A stretch of 32,000 nt of DNA from Okeania sp. (GTDB lineage Bacteria; Cyanobacteriota; Cyanobacteriia; Cyanobacteriales; Microcoleaceae): positions 1 to 32,000 of the forward strand of contig NZ_JAYKGW010000173.1 in assembly GCF_035285525.1 (NCBI RefSeq). The letters run 5' to 3'. How positions within the stretch are numbered: the first letter of the stretch is position 1; every line of letters begins with the position of its first letter. The notes under the pieces were generated by a model. That model did no database searches, was not told the origin of the DNA, and was given only the letters and a program-made list of their open reading frames with translations. Position numbers and translations under genes: made by a program. Shown piece by piece: positions 1 through 9,126 of this stretch.

Positions 1-896
1 AAAATATTGGTTATCGTGTTTATTACCAGTTACTTAATTCTGCTGATTTTGGATTGCCTCAAAATAGAGAAAGAGTTTTTATTGTCGGAATTAGGAAAGA
101 TTTAGATATAGATAATTTCTCTTTTCCTGAACCATTGAATTTACAAGTTAAAGTTTTTGAATTTATTGACGATATCCAGGATAATTTTAATATTCAAAAG
201 AGAAAATTATCACCAGATATTTTGTTTAATGGTAGTGTTCCAGTATCTAGAAATAGATTTCATAAAAAAGATGAATTGAATGATTTTTTTGTTTTTTGTG
301 ACACCAGAAATGGTCATACAACAATTCATTCTTGGGATTTAATCGAGACAACTAAAAGAGAAAAGTTTATTTGTGAAACTATTCTGAAAAATAGACGGAA
401 AAAAAAGTACGGAACTAAAGATGGTAATCCTTTATCTTTAGCAGATTTATCTGAATTAATAGATAATTTGCAAATGCAAGAATTGAATAATTTAGTAGAG
501 AAAAAAATTATTAGTTATGTTGCCGAACAGGGTTATGAATTTGTCAATTCTAAAAATTCATCAGGTATTAATGGCATCTATCGAATATTTTTACCTCATT
601 CAGAAATTGTGCCGATCTTAACTGCTACAAGTACAAAAGATTGTATAGCTACAGTTTCTATTAATGCAGAAACTCCAGAAGAGTATAAATCTTTATTTAT
701 TCAAGAAATTTATCGTCAGAAAAAATATCGTTATATAACTGCAAAAGACTGTGCTAAATTACAAGGTTTTCCTAGTTGGTTTAAACCCCATAGAAAAGAA
801 AATATTGCTAAAAAACAATTTGGGAATGCAGTATCTATTCCAGTGGTTTATTATTTGGCTAAATCTTTAGTTAAGTTGTTAGGTTTTATTAATTAG
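1..896 (+). CDS. DNA (cytosine-5)-methyltransferase, C-terminal portion (5' end outside window)
   Basis: The frame is open from base 3 and reads NIGYRVYYQLLNSADFGLPQNRERVFIVG (C5-MTase motif VIII, QxRxR). A long variable, target-recognition-like stretch follows. KKQFGNAVSIPV (motif X, GNAV) lies near the C-terminus. Stop TAG at 894-896. Confidence 0.9.
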   Translation, partial: NIGYRVYYQLLNSADFGLPQNRERVFIVGIRKDLDIDNFSFPEPLNLQVKVFEFIDDIQDNFNIQKRKLSPDILFNGSVPVSRNRFHKKDELNDFFVFCDTRNGHTTIHSWDLIETTKREKFICETILKNRRKKKYGTKDGNPLSLADLSELIDNLQMQELNNLVEKKIISYVAEQGYEFVNSKNSSGINGIYRIFLPHSEIVPILTATSTKDCIATVSINAETPEEYKSLFIQEIYRQKKYRYITAKDCAKLQGFPSWFKPHRKENIAKKQFGNAVSIPVVYYLAKSLVKLLGFIN

Positions 897-897
897 A

Positions 898-1250
898 GTT
901 TGCGTATGAACATCTAAAAGTATTAAAATTAATAATGGTTTTAGCAACTTTAGGTAGGGAAAAAGTACCAGCCTTTAGGTTAAACAAAAAGGTTAAAAAA
1001 TCTAGCACAAAAGGCTAACATTTGAGGTGAAAAATTAAGAGACAATTCTTCTGTACGGACATTGCATCCAACCTCCCTAGTCCTCAATAACTCAATACGG
1101 TTCAGCTAAGACAAAAACTCATAAGATATGGAACCATTAAATAGACTTTTCAGACTACAAAACTGTACAAAAAATCCTTAACTCAACCGTATTGCTCCAT
1201 AACTCCTATTCCTCCTGACTTCCCCTCCTGGGAGGGGTTAGGGGTGGGTT
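898..1250 (+). repeat. MITE-like dispersed repeat, copy A (carries a nested ~100 bp insertion)
   Basis: Aligns by eye with the reverse complement of 3325-3618. Shared blocks are GTTTGCGTATG..GGTTTTAGCAACT..AAAAAGTAYCAGCYTTTAGGT..AATTCTTCTGTACGGACRTTGCAT..AACTCCTATTCCTCCTGACTTCCC..CTCCTGGGAG..TAGGGGTGGGTTT. An extra segment at 1093-1194, bounded by CAATACGGTT/AACCGTATTG, is absent from copy B. Confidence 0.8.
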
Positions 1251-1289
1251 TACTTCTTACTCCCTACTTCCTACTCCCTACTCCCTACC
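1251..1289. repeat. STRR-type heptamer array (CTACTCC-like)
   Basis: tacttcttactccctacttcctactccctactccctacc read directly. It abuts the stop of the 129-aa ORF. Confidence 0.85.
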
Positions 1290-1298
1290 TTAACAAAA

Positions 1299-1688
1299 TT
1301 AACCCAAAGTCTCAGGGCAATATCCCAAACCCTTGACAAATTGACTTCTAAATGCTTCTATTTCTTCTTGATCCGGCTGTCCATGAGAAACCACTGCTAC
1401 CTGATAACGTCTCATCACACTCAACGGTGATTGTCCAGTTTCCAAACCCCATAGTGCCATTCTCACACGAATATCAGGATCATAAGGTATCCCTAATTCA
1501 TTCATAAAAGCCCGAAAATCTCCATGTTGTTCAGGATTCAAATAGTGACTCATTCTAATTTTTACCACCCAACCATCAATTTGATGAATTACTGTCATAA
1601 ACTGAAGCGGTAGTTTATGGGCAATATTTAAGTATTCAACTACTCTCAGACACAGGGTAGTATTTGCTAAAAAGTAAAGGTATTCCAT
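1299..1688 (-). CDS. hypothetical protein (129 aa)
   Basis: ATG-initiated ORF whose composition is less AT-rich than the flanking DNA and not repeat-derived. I recognise no motif. It is divergent from queA. Confidence 0.55.
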   Translation of the reverse strand: MEYLYFLANTTLCLRVVEYLNIAHKLPLQFMTVIHQIDGWVVKIRMSHYLNPEQHGDFRAFMNELGIPYDPDIRVRMALWGLETGQSPLSVMRRYQVAVVSHGQPDQEEIEAFRSQFVKGLGYCPETLG

Positions 1689-2015
1689 ATCAAACTATTA
1701 CCGCTGACAACTGTCCCTTTTCCTCAGGTTTAACCTCTTAGAAAAAATGTACTTAAAACGAGTAATTGTCTCTATTTCTTACAGAAATGGGAAACTATGA
1801 TAGAAAGCGGGGCGGATATTACCGCTTCCCTATAAACACATTAGGTATGCGTTCTCCAATTTCTAGGAGTGGAAAACAGCTATAGAATCTATAGTCTTTT
1901 AATCTATATCAGGTATATTTGCCTGAAATATGTCTATACTTATATATTCACTCTTATGTATTGCACACCGCTAGGGGAAAAGTACCCTAATTTTTCTGGG
2001 GGACTTTACCCAGTT

Positions 2016-2060
2016 GGGAAGTGTGGGAACCGTGGGAAGTGTAGGAAGTGTGGGAAGAGG
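2016..2060. repeat. STRR-type heptamer array (GTGGGAA-like)
   Basis: gggaagtgtgggaaccgtgggaagtgtaggaagtgtgggaag, in the queA upstream region. Confidence 0.8.
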
Positions 2061-2221
2061 GAGATAGTAGAAACAACAATTGTTCCTTGATTTTTTAACC
2101 CTTAGTTTAATTTGCTGAAAATCCTAACTTTGAGGGAATAAACAAAAAATATTTACTCTGTTAAAACCCAACTACTTTACCTCACGAAGAATGGGAACTA
2201 CTGTAATAACTGATAACTGAA

Positions 2222-3325
2222 ATGACCGATATAGATTGGTCCATCGAGGCTTATAATTATGAACTTCCTCCAGAGCTAATTGCCCAAAATCCAGTTATAC
2301 CAAGAGATATATCTCGCTTAATGGTGGTAGAATCATTAACACACCGTCATTGTATTTTTAGAGATGTAGTAGATTTACTCCTACCAGGAGATTTACTAAT
2401 TTTGAATAATACTCGTGTGATTCCTGCGAGACTCTATGGTAAAAAGATAAGTGGCGCTCAAGTAGAAATCTTGTTATTAAAACCAATCAGTAATGATACT
2501 TGGTTAGCCTTAGTCAAACCTGGTAAACGTTTTATTACTGGTGCAAAAATTGAGTTTGAGCCTAACTCATCCTCAACTTGTGATTATAAATTGCAAGCGA
2601 CAGTATTAGCAAATGACCGAGAAACTGGTGGACGTATTTTACAATTTGATTTGCCCCAAGAAGTTTCTTTGCTAGATTTGTTGCCCAAATTTGGTCATGT
2701 ACCTTTTCCTCCTTATGTTACAGATTCACAGGCTCTTAGTGAACAATATCAAACTGTGTATAGTAGAGTTGCAGGAGCGATCGCTGCTCCTACTGCTGGT
2801 TTACATTTTACGGATGAGTTACTTGAAAAATTAGAAAAAAAGAATATTGAGCAAGCTTTTATAACTTTACACGTTGGTATTGGCACATTTCGTCCAGTTG
2901 AGGTTGAGGATATTACTACCCACAATATACATTCCGAATGGATTGAGGTTTCATCTACGACTGTGGAGAAAATTAATCAAACCAAGGCTAAAGGTGGGAG
3001 AATTATTGCTGTAGGAACGACGGTAGTTAGAGCTATTGAAGGAGCTTCTCTAGCTAATGAGAATCATGGTAATGATAAATCTTTAATTAAACCATTTTGT
3101 GGTGATACTAATATATTTATTTATCCTGGTTATAAATGGCGGGTAGTAGAAGGTTTAATTACTAATTTTCATTTGCCACGGTCTAGTTTATTAATGCTTG
3201 TTAGTGCTATGATTGGCAGAAAACGTCTTTTAAATTTATATGAGGAAGCAATTTCTCAAAAGTACCGATTTTATTCTTTTGGTGATGCTATGTTAATTAT
3301 GCCATCTGCTAGAGTTAGTAATTAG
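2222..3325 (+). CDS. queA: S-adenosylmethionine:tRNA ribosyltransferase-isomerase
   Basis: The 367-aa length fits. The N-terminus YNYELPPELIAQNPVIPRDISRLMV, plus LILNNTRVIPARLYG, AAPTAGLHFT and AVGTTVVRAIE, are typical QueA signatures. Confidence 0.95.
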   Translation: MTDIDWSIEAYNYELPPELIAQNPVIPRDISRLMVVESLTHRHCIFRDVVDLLLPGDLLILNNTRVIPARLYGKKISGAQVEILLLKPISNDTWLALVKPGKRFITGAKIEFEPNSSSTCDYKLQATVLANDRETGGRILQFDLPQEVSLLDLLPKFGHVPFPPYVTDSQALSEQYQTVYSRVAGAIAAPTAGLHFTDELLEKLEKKNIEQAFITLHVGIGTFRPVEVEDITTHNIHSEWIEVSSTTVEKINQTKAKGGRIIAVGTTVVRAIEGASLANENHGNDKSLIKPFCGDTNIFIYPGYKWRVVEGLITNFHLPRSSLLMLVSAMIGRKRLLNLYEEAISQKYRFYSFGDAMLIMPSARVSN

Positions 3326-3618
3326 GGTTTGCTGAAAAAAGAAAAGTTTGATACCCAACCCCTAATCCCACCCAAACCCACCCCTAGCCACTCCCAGGAG
3401 GGGAACGGGAAGTCAGGAGGAATAGGAGTTCTAGAGTCCTAGGGACGCCCTTATGCAACGTCCGTACAGAAGAATTGTATGTTACTTTTTCTCCCCTACT
3501 GAGCCTTTTTTCCTGAATTTTTTCACCTTTTTGACCTAAAAGCTGATACTTTTTTCTAACAAACAAGTTGCTAAAACCTTTATCTATAAACTCTTTCATA
3601 TTTCCATACGCAAACCCC
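3325..3618 (-). repeat. MITE-like dispersed repeat, copy B (inverted relative to copy A)
   Basis: Starts at the queA stop codon. The termini GGGTTTGC (3325) and GCAAACCCC (3610-3618) are inverted repeats. The interior is collinear with the reverse complement of copy A. Confidence 0.8.
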
Positions 3619-3699
3619 TCCTACCTAGGAGAGGAAGATAGGGAAAGTAAGAGAAATAATTTTTCTACTGATAGTTATCCTAAATCCCTCATTTTGAGC

Positions 3700-3790
3700 A
3701 GCTCCATCAACCAAAAAACTGGCACTTTTTCACGACCTAAAATTGCTAAAACCTTTATCTGTAAATTCTTTAATATTTAATCAGCAGAGC
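3700..3790 (-). repeat. Partial copy of the same dispersed repeat family
   Basis: ctggcactttttcacgacctaaaattgctaaaacctttatctgtaaattctttaatatt matches the GGTTTTAGCAA..AAAAAGT.CCAG block of copies A and B in reverse orientation. Confidence 0.6.
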
Positions 3791-3805
3791 AATAATTAGA
3801 TAATA

Positions 3806-3829
3806 GTAAGCATTCAATTGAATGCTTAC
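3806..3829 (-). terminator. Perfect 24-nt palindrome downstream of rpmF (possible terminator)
   Basis: GTAAGCATTCAATTGAATGCTTAC lies 17 nt after the rpmF stop. The U-tract on the minus strand is only moderate. The same GTAAGCATTCA stem sequence recurs at 30013. Confidence 0.45.
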
Positions 3830-3845
3830 AAAATTGATTAAATGA

Positions 3846-4022
3846 TTAATCTTCTTCCTCTTCCTGCTCATTACTTGGATAGACAAAACTGTGGGAACGT
3901 TGAGTTAACACAGATTTACCTAAAGATAATGCCTTCTTGGCAGCTAGTCTAGCTTGACCTTTCCAGTTGGCCTTCCGCATATTTTTCTTGGATTTTGAGG
4001 TTCTCTTCTTTGGTACAGCCAT
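3846..4022 (-). CDS. rpmF: 50S ribosomal protein L32
   Basis: Hand translation of the minus strand gives [58 protein letters not shown] (58 aa). The [20 protein letters not shown]-terminus is the L32 signature. Not in the ORF track because it is under 60 aa. Confidence 0.9.
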   Translation of the reverse strand: MAVPKKRTSKSKKNMRKANWKGQARLAAKKALSLGKSVLTQRSHSFVYPSNEQEEEED

Positions 4023-4081
4023 AATATTTATTCTATATCTCTAAATACAGGTAATTTTATAGACAAATTATCATCTTACAT

Positions 4082-4207
4082 TAATTTCGGTAACAATGGA
4101 ATATCTAAACTAATATTAATTAATTTAAGGACTTTTTGTACTACTCCCTATTCCCTACTCCCTAATTTCGGTAACAATGGAATATCTAAACTAATATTAA
4201 TTAATTT
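4082..4207. repeat. Two 45-bp direct repeats separated by an STRR block
   Basis: taatttcggtaacaatggaatatctaaactaatattaattaattt occurs at 4082-4126 and again at 4163-4207. actactccctattccctactccc lies between them. Confidence 0.9.
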
Positions 4208-4211
4208 CAAA

Positions 4212-4295
4212 CCCTACTCCCTACTCCCTACTCCGTAAATTCCTAAATTCCTACTCCCTACTCCGTAAATTCCTAAATTCCTAAATTCCTAAATT
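4212..4295. repeat. Composite STRR array (CTACTCC heptamers interleaved with TAAATTCC octamers)
   Basis: ccctactccctactccctactccgtaaattcctaaattcctactccctactccgtaaattcctaaattcctaaattcctaaatt. It ends 2 nt before the TM2 gene stop. Confidence 0.9.
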
Positions 4296-4297
4296 AA

Positions 4298-4777
4298 TTA
4301 AAGTTCATGGAAATCATAAATAACTATCCCTGTCTCTGGATGGTTATCGACACTGACATAACCAGTTCGGAGCATTTCTTTCATTGCCTCTTCTACTTCT
4401 GCAAAAGTAGCTCCAGTTGCCATAACTCCTTGAGTAACAGATAATTTTCCCCCTTTAAATGAAGCTGCTTTGAGTAAAGCAACCATTAATTGTTGACGGT
4501 TTTGTGGAGCAGAGGTCTTCATAGTGATCGCCCCATTTGAGTTATGTAGGGGTACTCCTTGAGATGAAATACCTAATTTTGCTTTGACTTTATCATTATG
4601 TTCTTCTACCATACTAGGAATCAAGAACAGATCGATAAGTTGGCCTACTCCAAATAAACCATAAGTAAAGAGCCAAACTAGACCTGTCAAAATTTTACCA
4701 TTATATAAACGATGGCATCCGTTCAAACCTAGTATGCCAACCCCCCATAATAAGTAACTGTACTTTATACTATTCAT
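4298..4777 (-). CDS. TM2 domain-containing membrane protein
   Basis: The N-terminal YLLWGVGILGLNGCHRLYNGKILTGLVWLFTYGLFGVGQLIDLFLIP is the two-helix TM2 pattern (G..G.HRFY.G). A soluble C-terminal domain follows. Confidence 0.8.
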   Translation of the reverse strand: MNSIKYSYLLWGVGILGLNGCHRLYNGKILTGLVWLFTYGLFGVGQLIDLFLIPSMVEEHNDKVKAKLGISSQGVPLHNSNGAITMKTSAPQNRQQLMVALLKAASFKGGKLSVTQGVMATGATFAEVEEAMKEMLRTGYVSVDNHPETGIVIYDFHEL

Positions 4778-4858
4778 TTAGTCCCAAAAATTACTTATAT
4801 TAATTAAATTAATTAATAATTATACTATATATATTAAATGGCCTAGCTATTTCCCTTC

Positions 4859-5141
4859 GTTAGATATTGGGATGTGTACCAGGAAAGTCAGTTGTTTTTC
4901 TGCTTCTCTACTCCTCTACTCCCTACTCCCTAAAGCAGAGGAAAAATCTATAATTTTAAAGATTAATCTAGTAATTTTTTGGAGACTTTGTGTTACTTAA
5001 AACAGCCTTGAAGTTATATATGTCAATGCTTTGAGATTTCCATAGGCAAACCCTAGTTAGATATTGGGATGTGTACCAGGAAAGTCAGTTGTTTTTCTAC
5101 TCCTCTACTCCTCTACTCCCTACTCCCTACTCCCTAAAGCA
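4859..5141. repeat. Two ~80-bp direct repeats upstream of acsF, each ending in a CTACTCC heptamer array
   Basis: gttagatattgggatgtgtaccaggaaagtcagttgtttttct..ctactcc(n)..ctaaagca occurs at 4859-4936 and 5056-5141. The heptamer copy number differs between the two. Confidence 0.9.
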
Positions 5142-5333
5142 ATCAATACTTTGTAATTCTTAATGAAAAGTATATACTTTCAGCCCTCAGATCTTGCTAC
5201 ACTGTATAGCGTGGAAAAAATCATCTATGTCTCGATCATTCTTGAGATTTTACTATATATAGATCGAATTAAAAGTATTTAATGTTCCACACCATTAATC
5301 ATAGAGTCACACATTAAAAAAACAAAATAAATT

Positions 5334-6410
5334 ATGGTAGATACTCTAAAAAAACCGGCTTTTGAGGAAATGAGACCAGGAGTTAAAGTTCCTTCTAAAG
5401 AAACAATATTAACTCCTCGATTCTACACTACAGATTTTGATGAGATGGCAAAAATGGATATCTCAGTTAATGAAGATGAATTACTTGCCATTTTAGAAGA
5501 ATTTCGAGTTGATTATAATCGTCATCATTTTGTCAGGGATGAGAAATTTGATCAATCTTGGGAGCATATTGATGGGGATACTCGTCGTTTATTTGTTGAA
5601 TTTTTAGAACGTTCTTGTACTGCTGAATTTTCTGGTTTTTTACTTTATAAAGAATTAGGTCGTCGCCTCAAAGATAAAAGCCCTGTTTTGGCTGAATGTT
5701 TTACTTTAATGTCAAGAGATGAAGCTCGTCATGCAGGTTTTTTGAACAAGGCAATGTCTGACTTTAATTTGTCTTTGGATTTAGGTTTTCTGACTAAAAG
5801 TCGTAAGTATACTTTCTTTAAACCAAAGTTTATTTTCTACGCTACTTATTTATCAGAAAAAATTGGTTATTGGCGTTATATTACTATTTATCGTCATTTA
5901 GAAGCTCACCCAGAAGATAGAATTTATCCTATTTTCCATTTCTTTGAAAGTTGGTGTCAAGATGAAAATCGTCATGGAGATTTTTTTGATGCTATTATGA
6001 GAGCTAAACCAGATATTTTGAATGATTGGCAAGCAAAATTATGGTGTAGATTTTTCTTGCTTTCTGTGTTTGCTACTATGTATTTGAATGATGTTCAACG
6101 GGCTGATTTTTATGCTGCTATTGGTTTGAATGCTCGTGATTATGATAAGTATGTAATTGAGAAAACTAATGAAACTTCAGGACGGGTTTTTCCGATGATT
6201 TTGGATGTGGAAAGTCCTGAGTTTTATGAAAGATTAGAAGTTTGTGTGAAGAATAATGAGAAGTTGACAGCGATCGCTAATTCTAATCAACCAGGTTTTG
6301 TGAAGTTTTTCCAGAAGTTACCTTTGTATGTTTCTAATGGTTGGCAATTTTTGAAGTTGTATTTAATGAAGCCAATAGAAACTGCTTCTATGGAAGGTTC
6401 TGTTCTTTAA
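5334..6410 (+). CDS. acsF: Magnesium-protoporphyrin IX monomethyl ester (oxidative) cyclase
   Basis: 358 aa. [12 protein letters not shown] at the N-terminus and the di-iron motifs [10 protein letters not shown] and [11 protein letters not shown] are typical AcsF/ChlE signatures. Confidence 0.95.
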   Translation: MVDTLKKPAFEEMRPGVKVPSKETILTPRFYTTDFDEMAKMDISVNEDELLAILEEFRVDYNRHHFVRDEKFDQSWEHIDGDTRRLFVEFLERSCTAEFSGFLLYKELGRRLKDKSPVLAECFTLMSRDEARHAGFLNKAMSDFNLSLDLGFLTKSRKYTFFKPKFIFYATYLSEKIGYWRYITIYRHLEAHPEDRIYPIFHFFESWCQDENRHGDFFDAIMRAKPDILNDWQAKLWCRFFLLSVFATMYLNDVQRADFYAAIGLNARDYDKYVIEKTNETSGRVFPMILDVESPEFYERLEVCVKNNEKLTAIANSNQPGFVKFFQKLPLYVSNGWQFLKLYLMKPIETASMEGSVL

Positions 6411-6486
6411 GGAAGTAGTTAATAATTAATTTTTAGATTTTAATAGCTTTGTTTTATAGCAAGGCTATTTATTTTAAAAATAAATA

Positions 6487-6621
6487 GTAGGGGCGGGTTT
6501 TAACTAGAATTTTGAGATTTATTTCAGATGTAGATAAACCCGCCCTAATGCAGAAATGTAGGGGCGGGTTTTAACTAGAATTTTATGTTATTTCAGATGT
6601 AGATAAACCCGCCCTAATGCA
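6487..6621. repeat. Two tandem ~65-bp units, each an internal hairpin (GGGGCGGGTTT..AAACCCGCCC)
   Basis: gtaggggcgggttttaactagaatttt..atttcagatgtagataaacccgccctaatgca occurs at 6487-6552 and 6558-6621, about 75 nt downstream of acsF. Confidence 0.9.
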
Positions 6622-6820
6622 CAAAATTAGTTGTGTTAGTCTAAAATATTTCTTACATAAAGTTGGGGAATAGGCAATAAGAAATAGTCGAGATAAAATT
6701 GTTAATTTAATGTCTAAAATTAATTTAATTAAAACTTTTCCCAATTGATTTTACTATGAATTTTTAGAGATATTTACTATTAGAAAAATCAAGAAAAAAT
6801 TTTTATATCATTCAGATAAT

Positions 6821-7964
6821 CTATGATTGAATTATAAAATCTCTAGCCCCAGGTAGGGGAACATCTGTAAAAGTAGCAAACTTTCCACCATTACCAAAAC
6901 CATTAGCTCTACCATTAGGATTGTAATATAAATCTCCACTGGAAAAATCGTAAACAATTTCTGCACTGCTTCTAGCAACTTCATCCTTACTATCAACAAC
7001 TGCAAATTCTCTGATAACATTAAAACCTCTACCACTACGACTATTTAAACTGGTAAAAGTGGTTTTGTCCAGAACAATTTTGTCCTGGTTTAATACAAAA
7101 TCTGTGATAGTATCTACTCCTACATCATTGCGACGAAAACGCATATCTGTTTCATAAATAAGTTTATCTTTTCCTTTACCACCAACGAAAGTATCATTAC
7201 CACCTCCACCATTAATATCATCCCTCCCACTTTCACCTATTAATAAATCTCTTCCAGCACCACCAATTAAAGTATCATGATCTGAACCGCCATTAATTTC
7301 ATCATTACCTCTTCCACCATTGAGAGTATCTTTAACTCCTCCGCCTACAATAACTTCATTTTTTTAGTTCCTGAAAGTTTATCATTTCCAAAACTACCTG
7401 GAAGTAAATTTTCTGAATTTTCTACTAGCGCTTCTACACGAATATTGTCAAAAAAAACATCTCCAGTTACTCCACCTGAACTTATAAAATCTTCAAACTT
7501 CAAGTGAATTTATTCACCAATTGTGAATATAATTTAAATAGATTCCCATTTTCCAGTATCCTGTAAATCAGTAAAATCTTCAGCTCGGTTAATAGTATTT
7601 TGACTTGTTCCAGCAACCCATACATCTGCATTATTTAATTCATTTCCATATCCTACAAATCCACCAAAATCTGTTGCTACGCTTCCTGGTAATCCCAAAC
7701 TAAGATAATCAAAAGATAAACGATATATCCCAAAATTACTATTACTAAACAGAACCGTGAAGGAGTCTTTTGTATAAATATCTCCTCCGTTTCCAAAACC
7801 ACTAAATGAAATAACTTGGTCATTTTGTAGTGAAGTGGGTCATTAGTAATAAATCCTGTAAAAGAACCTCCAGATTTTCCAGTCCAACGAGATAAGTTTG
7901 ACTCAAAATTTTCAAAAAAGATTGTTTCAAAAGTAAAATTTTTAGCCATCAAGTTTTTCTTCAA
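6821..7964 (-). pseudogene. Decayed RTX-type calcium-binding repeat protein gene
   Basis: Hand translation gives MAKNFTFETIFFENFESNLSRWTGKSGGSFTGFITNDP in one frame. A frameshift near 7840 leads to PTSLQNDQVISFSGFGNGGDIY..FFDNIRVEA in a second frame, which has in-frame stops at 7534-7536 and 7510-7512. A second frameshift occurs in a T7 run at 7359-7365. The third frame reads GGGVKDTLNGGRGNDEINGGSDHDTLIGGAGRDLLIGESGRDDINGGGGNDTFVGGKGKD (GGxGxD nonapeptides) and continues into the listed 6821-7144 ORF. Confidence 0.8.
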
Positions 7965-8207
7965 TTAACTAGATTATATATAGTGTGATATTAATTAACT
8001 TTATATCATTTTGCTTGCAAAAAAAAGTTATTATTGCTTAATTATAATTATTATCCTAAGAGTGATTTTACAGAGGATTTCACTTTGGTGAAGTACACCA
8101 CCCACGCGAGCAAGATGTAAGGTTTCCGAAAAATTACATCACACTGAAAATATTTAATTATTAAATCTGTACTTCATATACTTGTAATAGGAATAATTTT
8201 AATTATC

Positions 8208-8996
8208 TTAAAAATTAAATTCTGCTAATACTGGAAAATGGTCAGAGGGAATTATGCCATCATATTTTTTATCAATTACTTCGGCGTTTTGTAACTTGAA
8301 TCGACTATCATAATAAATAGTATCTATTGGCAAAAAAGCTTTGTCCGTAAAATGGTTATAAGTCATCTGATGATTTAATTTTAAATTAGATAAAACATCT
8401 AATAAACTCAATCCATTTTGCCAAGGATGCAAAAAAGTATTTCTGGTGATCGAACCTGGTTTATCGTTAAAATCTCCAGTAACAAAAATCAAATAATTTT
8501 GAGGATTTAATTTTTCTGTTTGGAGGCGATCGCAAATTAATTTAGCACCTAATTCCCGTGACTTTTTACTATCATAATCCAAGTGAGTATTAACTACAAC
8601 TATTTGCCGATTTTTTCCCACAATATCAAATCTTGCCCAAGTAGCGATTCTGGGTAAGTAATTTCCCCAAGTAGGAGTTATGCTTCCTGGTACATCTGGT
8701 GTCTCACTTAGCCAAAAATCTCCATGATCGAGACAATTTAATTTATCTTTCTGAAAAAATATGGCGCAGTGTTCATCCTTACCTTTACCACTTCTATCAG
8801 TTCCCAAACAATAATAATTAGATAATAATTGTTGTAAATCTGATAGTTGATTTAGTTTAACTTCCTGAGTACCAATTATATCTGGTTCATGTTCATAAAT
8901 GAGGTTAACTACAGCATTTTTTCTTACTTCCCAAGAGAAATTTCCGAGGTCAGGTTTATCATATCTAATATTAAAAGTAATAATTTTAATTACCAT
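8208..8996 (-). CDS. Endonuclease/exonuclease/phosphatase (EEP) family protein
   Basis: IITFNIRY, IIGTQEV, VVNTHLDY, VTGDFN and the C-terminal SDHFPV follow the standard EEP motif order. Confidence 0.85.
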   Translation of the reverse strand: MVIKIITFNIRYDKPDLGNFSWEVRKNAVVNLIYEHEPDIIGTQEVKLNQLSDLQQLLSNYYCLGTDRSGKGKDEHCAIFFQKDKLNCLDHGDFWLSETPDVPGSITPTWGNYLPRIATWARFDIVGKNRQIVVVNTHLDYDSKKSRELGAKLICDRLQTEKLNPQNYLIFVTGDFNDKPGSITRNTFLHPWQNGLSLLDVLSNLKLNHQMTYNHFTDKAFLPIDTIYYDSRFKLQNAEVIDKKYDGIIPSDHFPVLAEFNF

Positions 8997-9126
8997 TTGA
9001 TTCTGGAATAGGGAGTGATAATTTAATAAATATTCAGTTGATTTGGGAATTATTTAATTGTTATAATCTGTGGGAAATTGATATTAATATACTCTTGTAA
9101 TCCTAAATAATTTTTGATAGAAAAAT

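Noticed and set aside
3384-3780. ORFs 3384-3599 (-) and 3568-3780 (+)
   Set aside because: Both lie entirely within copies of the dispersed MITE-like repeat. Similar pseudo-peptides (for example ..SSVRTLH..) arise wherever the repeat occurs (16647-16901). There is no start context or coding-like composition.
6487-6621. Possible CRISPR arrays (direct repeats at 6487-6621, 16280-16618 and 4082-4207, and the 7-8 nt arrays)
   Set aside because: There are only two copies of each long repeat. The spacers are absent or are themselves tandem repeats. The units are 45-93 bp or 7-8 bp rather than 25-40 bp. No cas genes are present.
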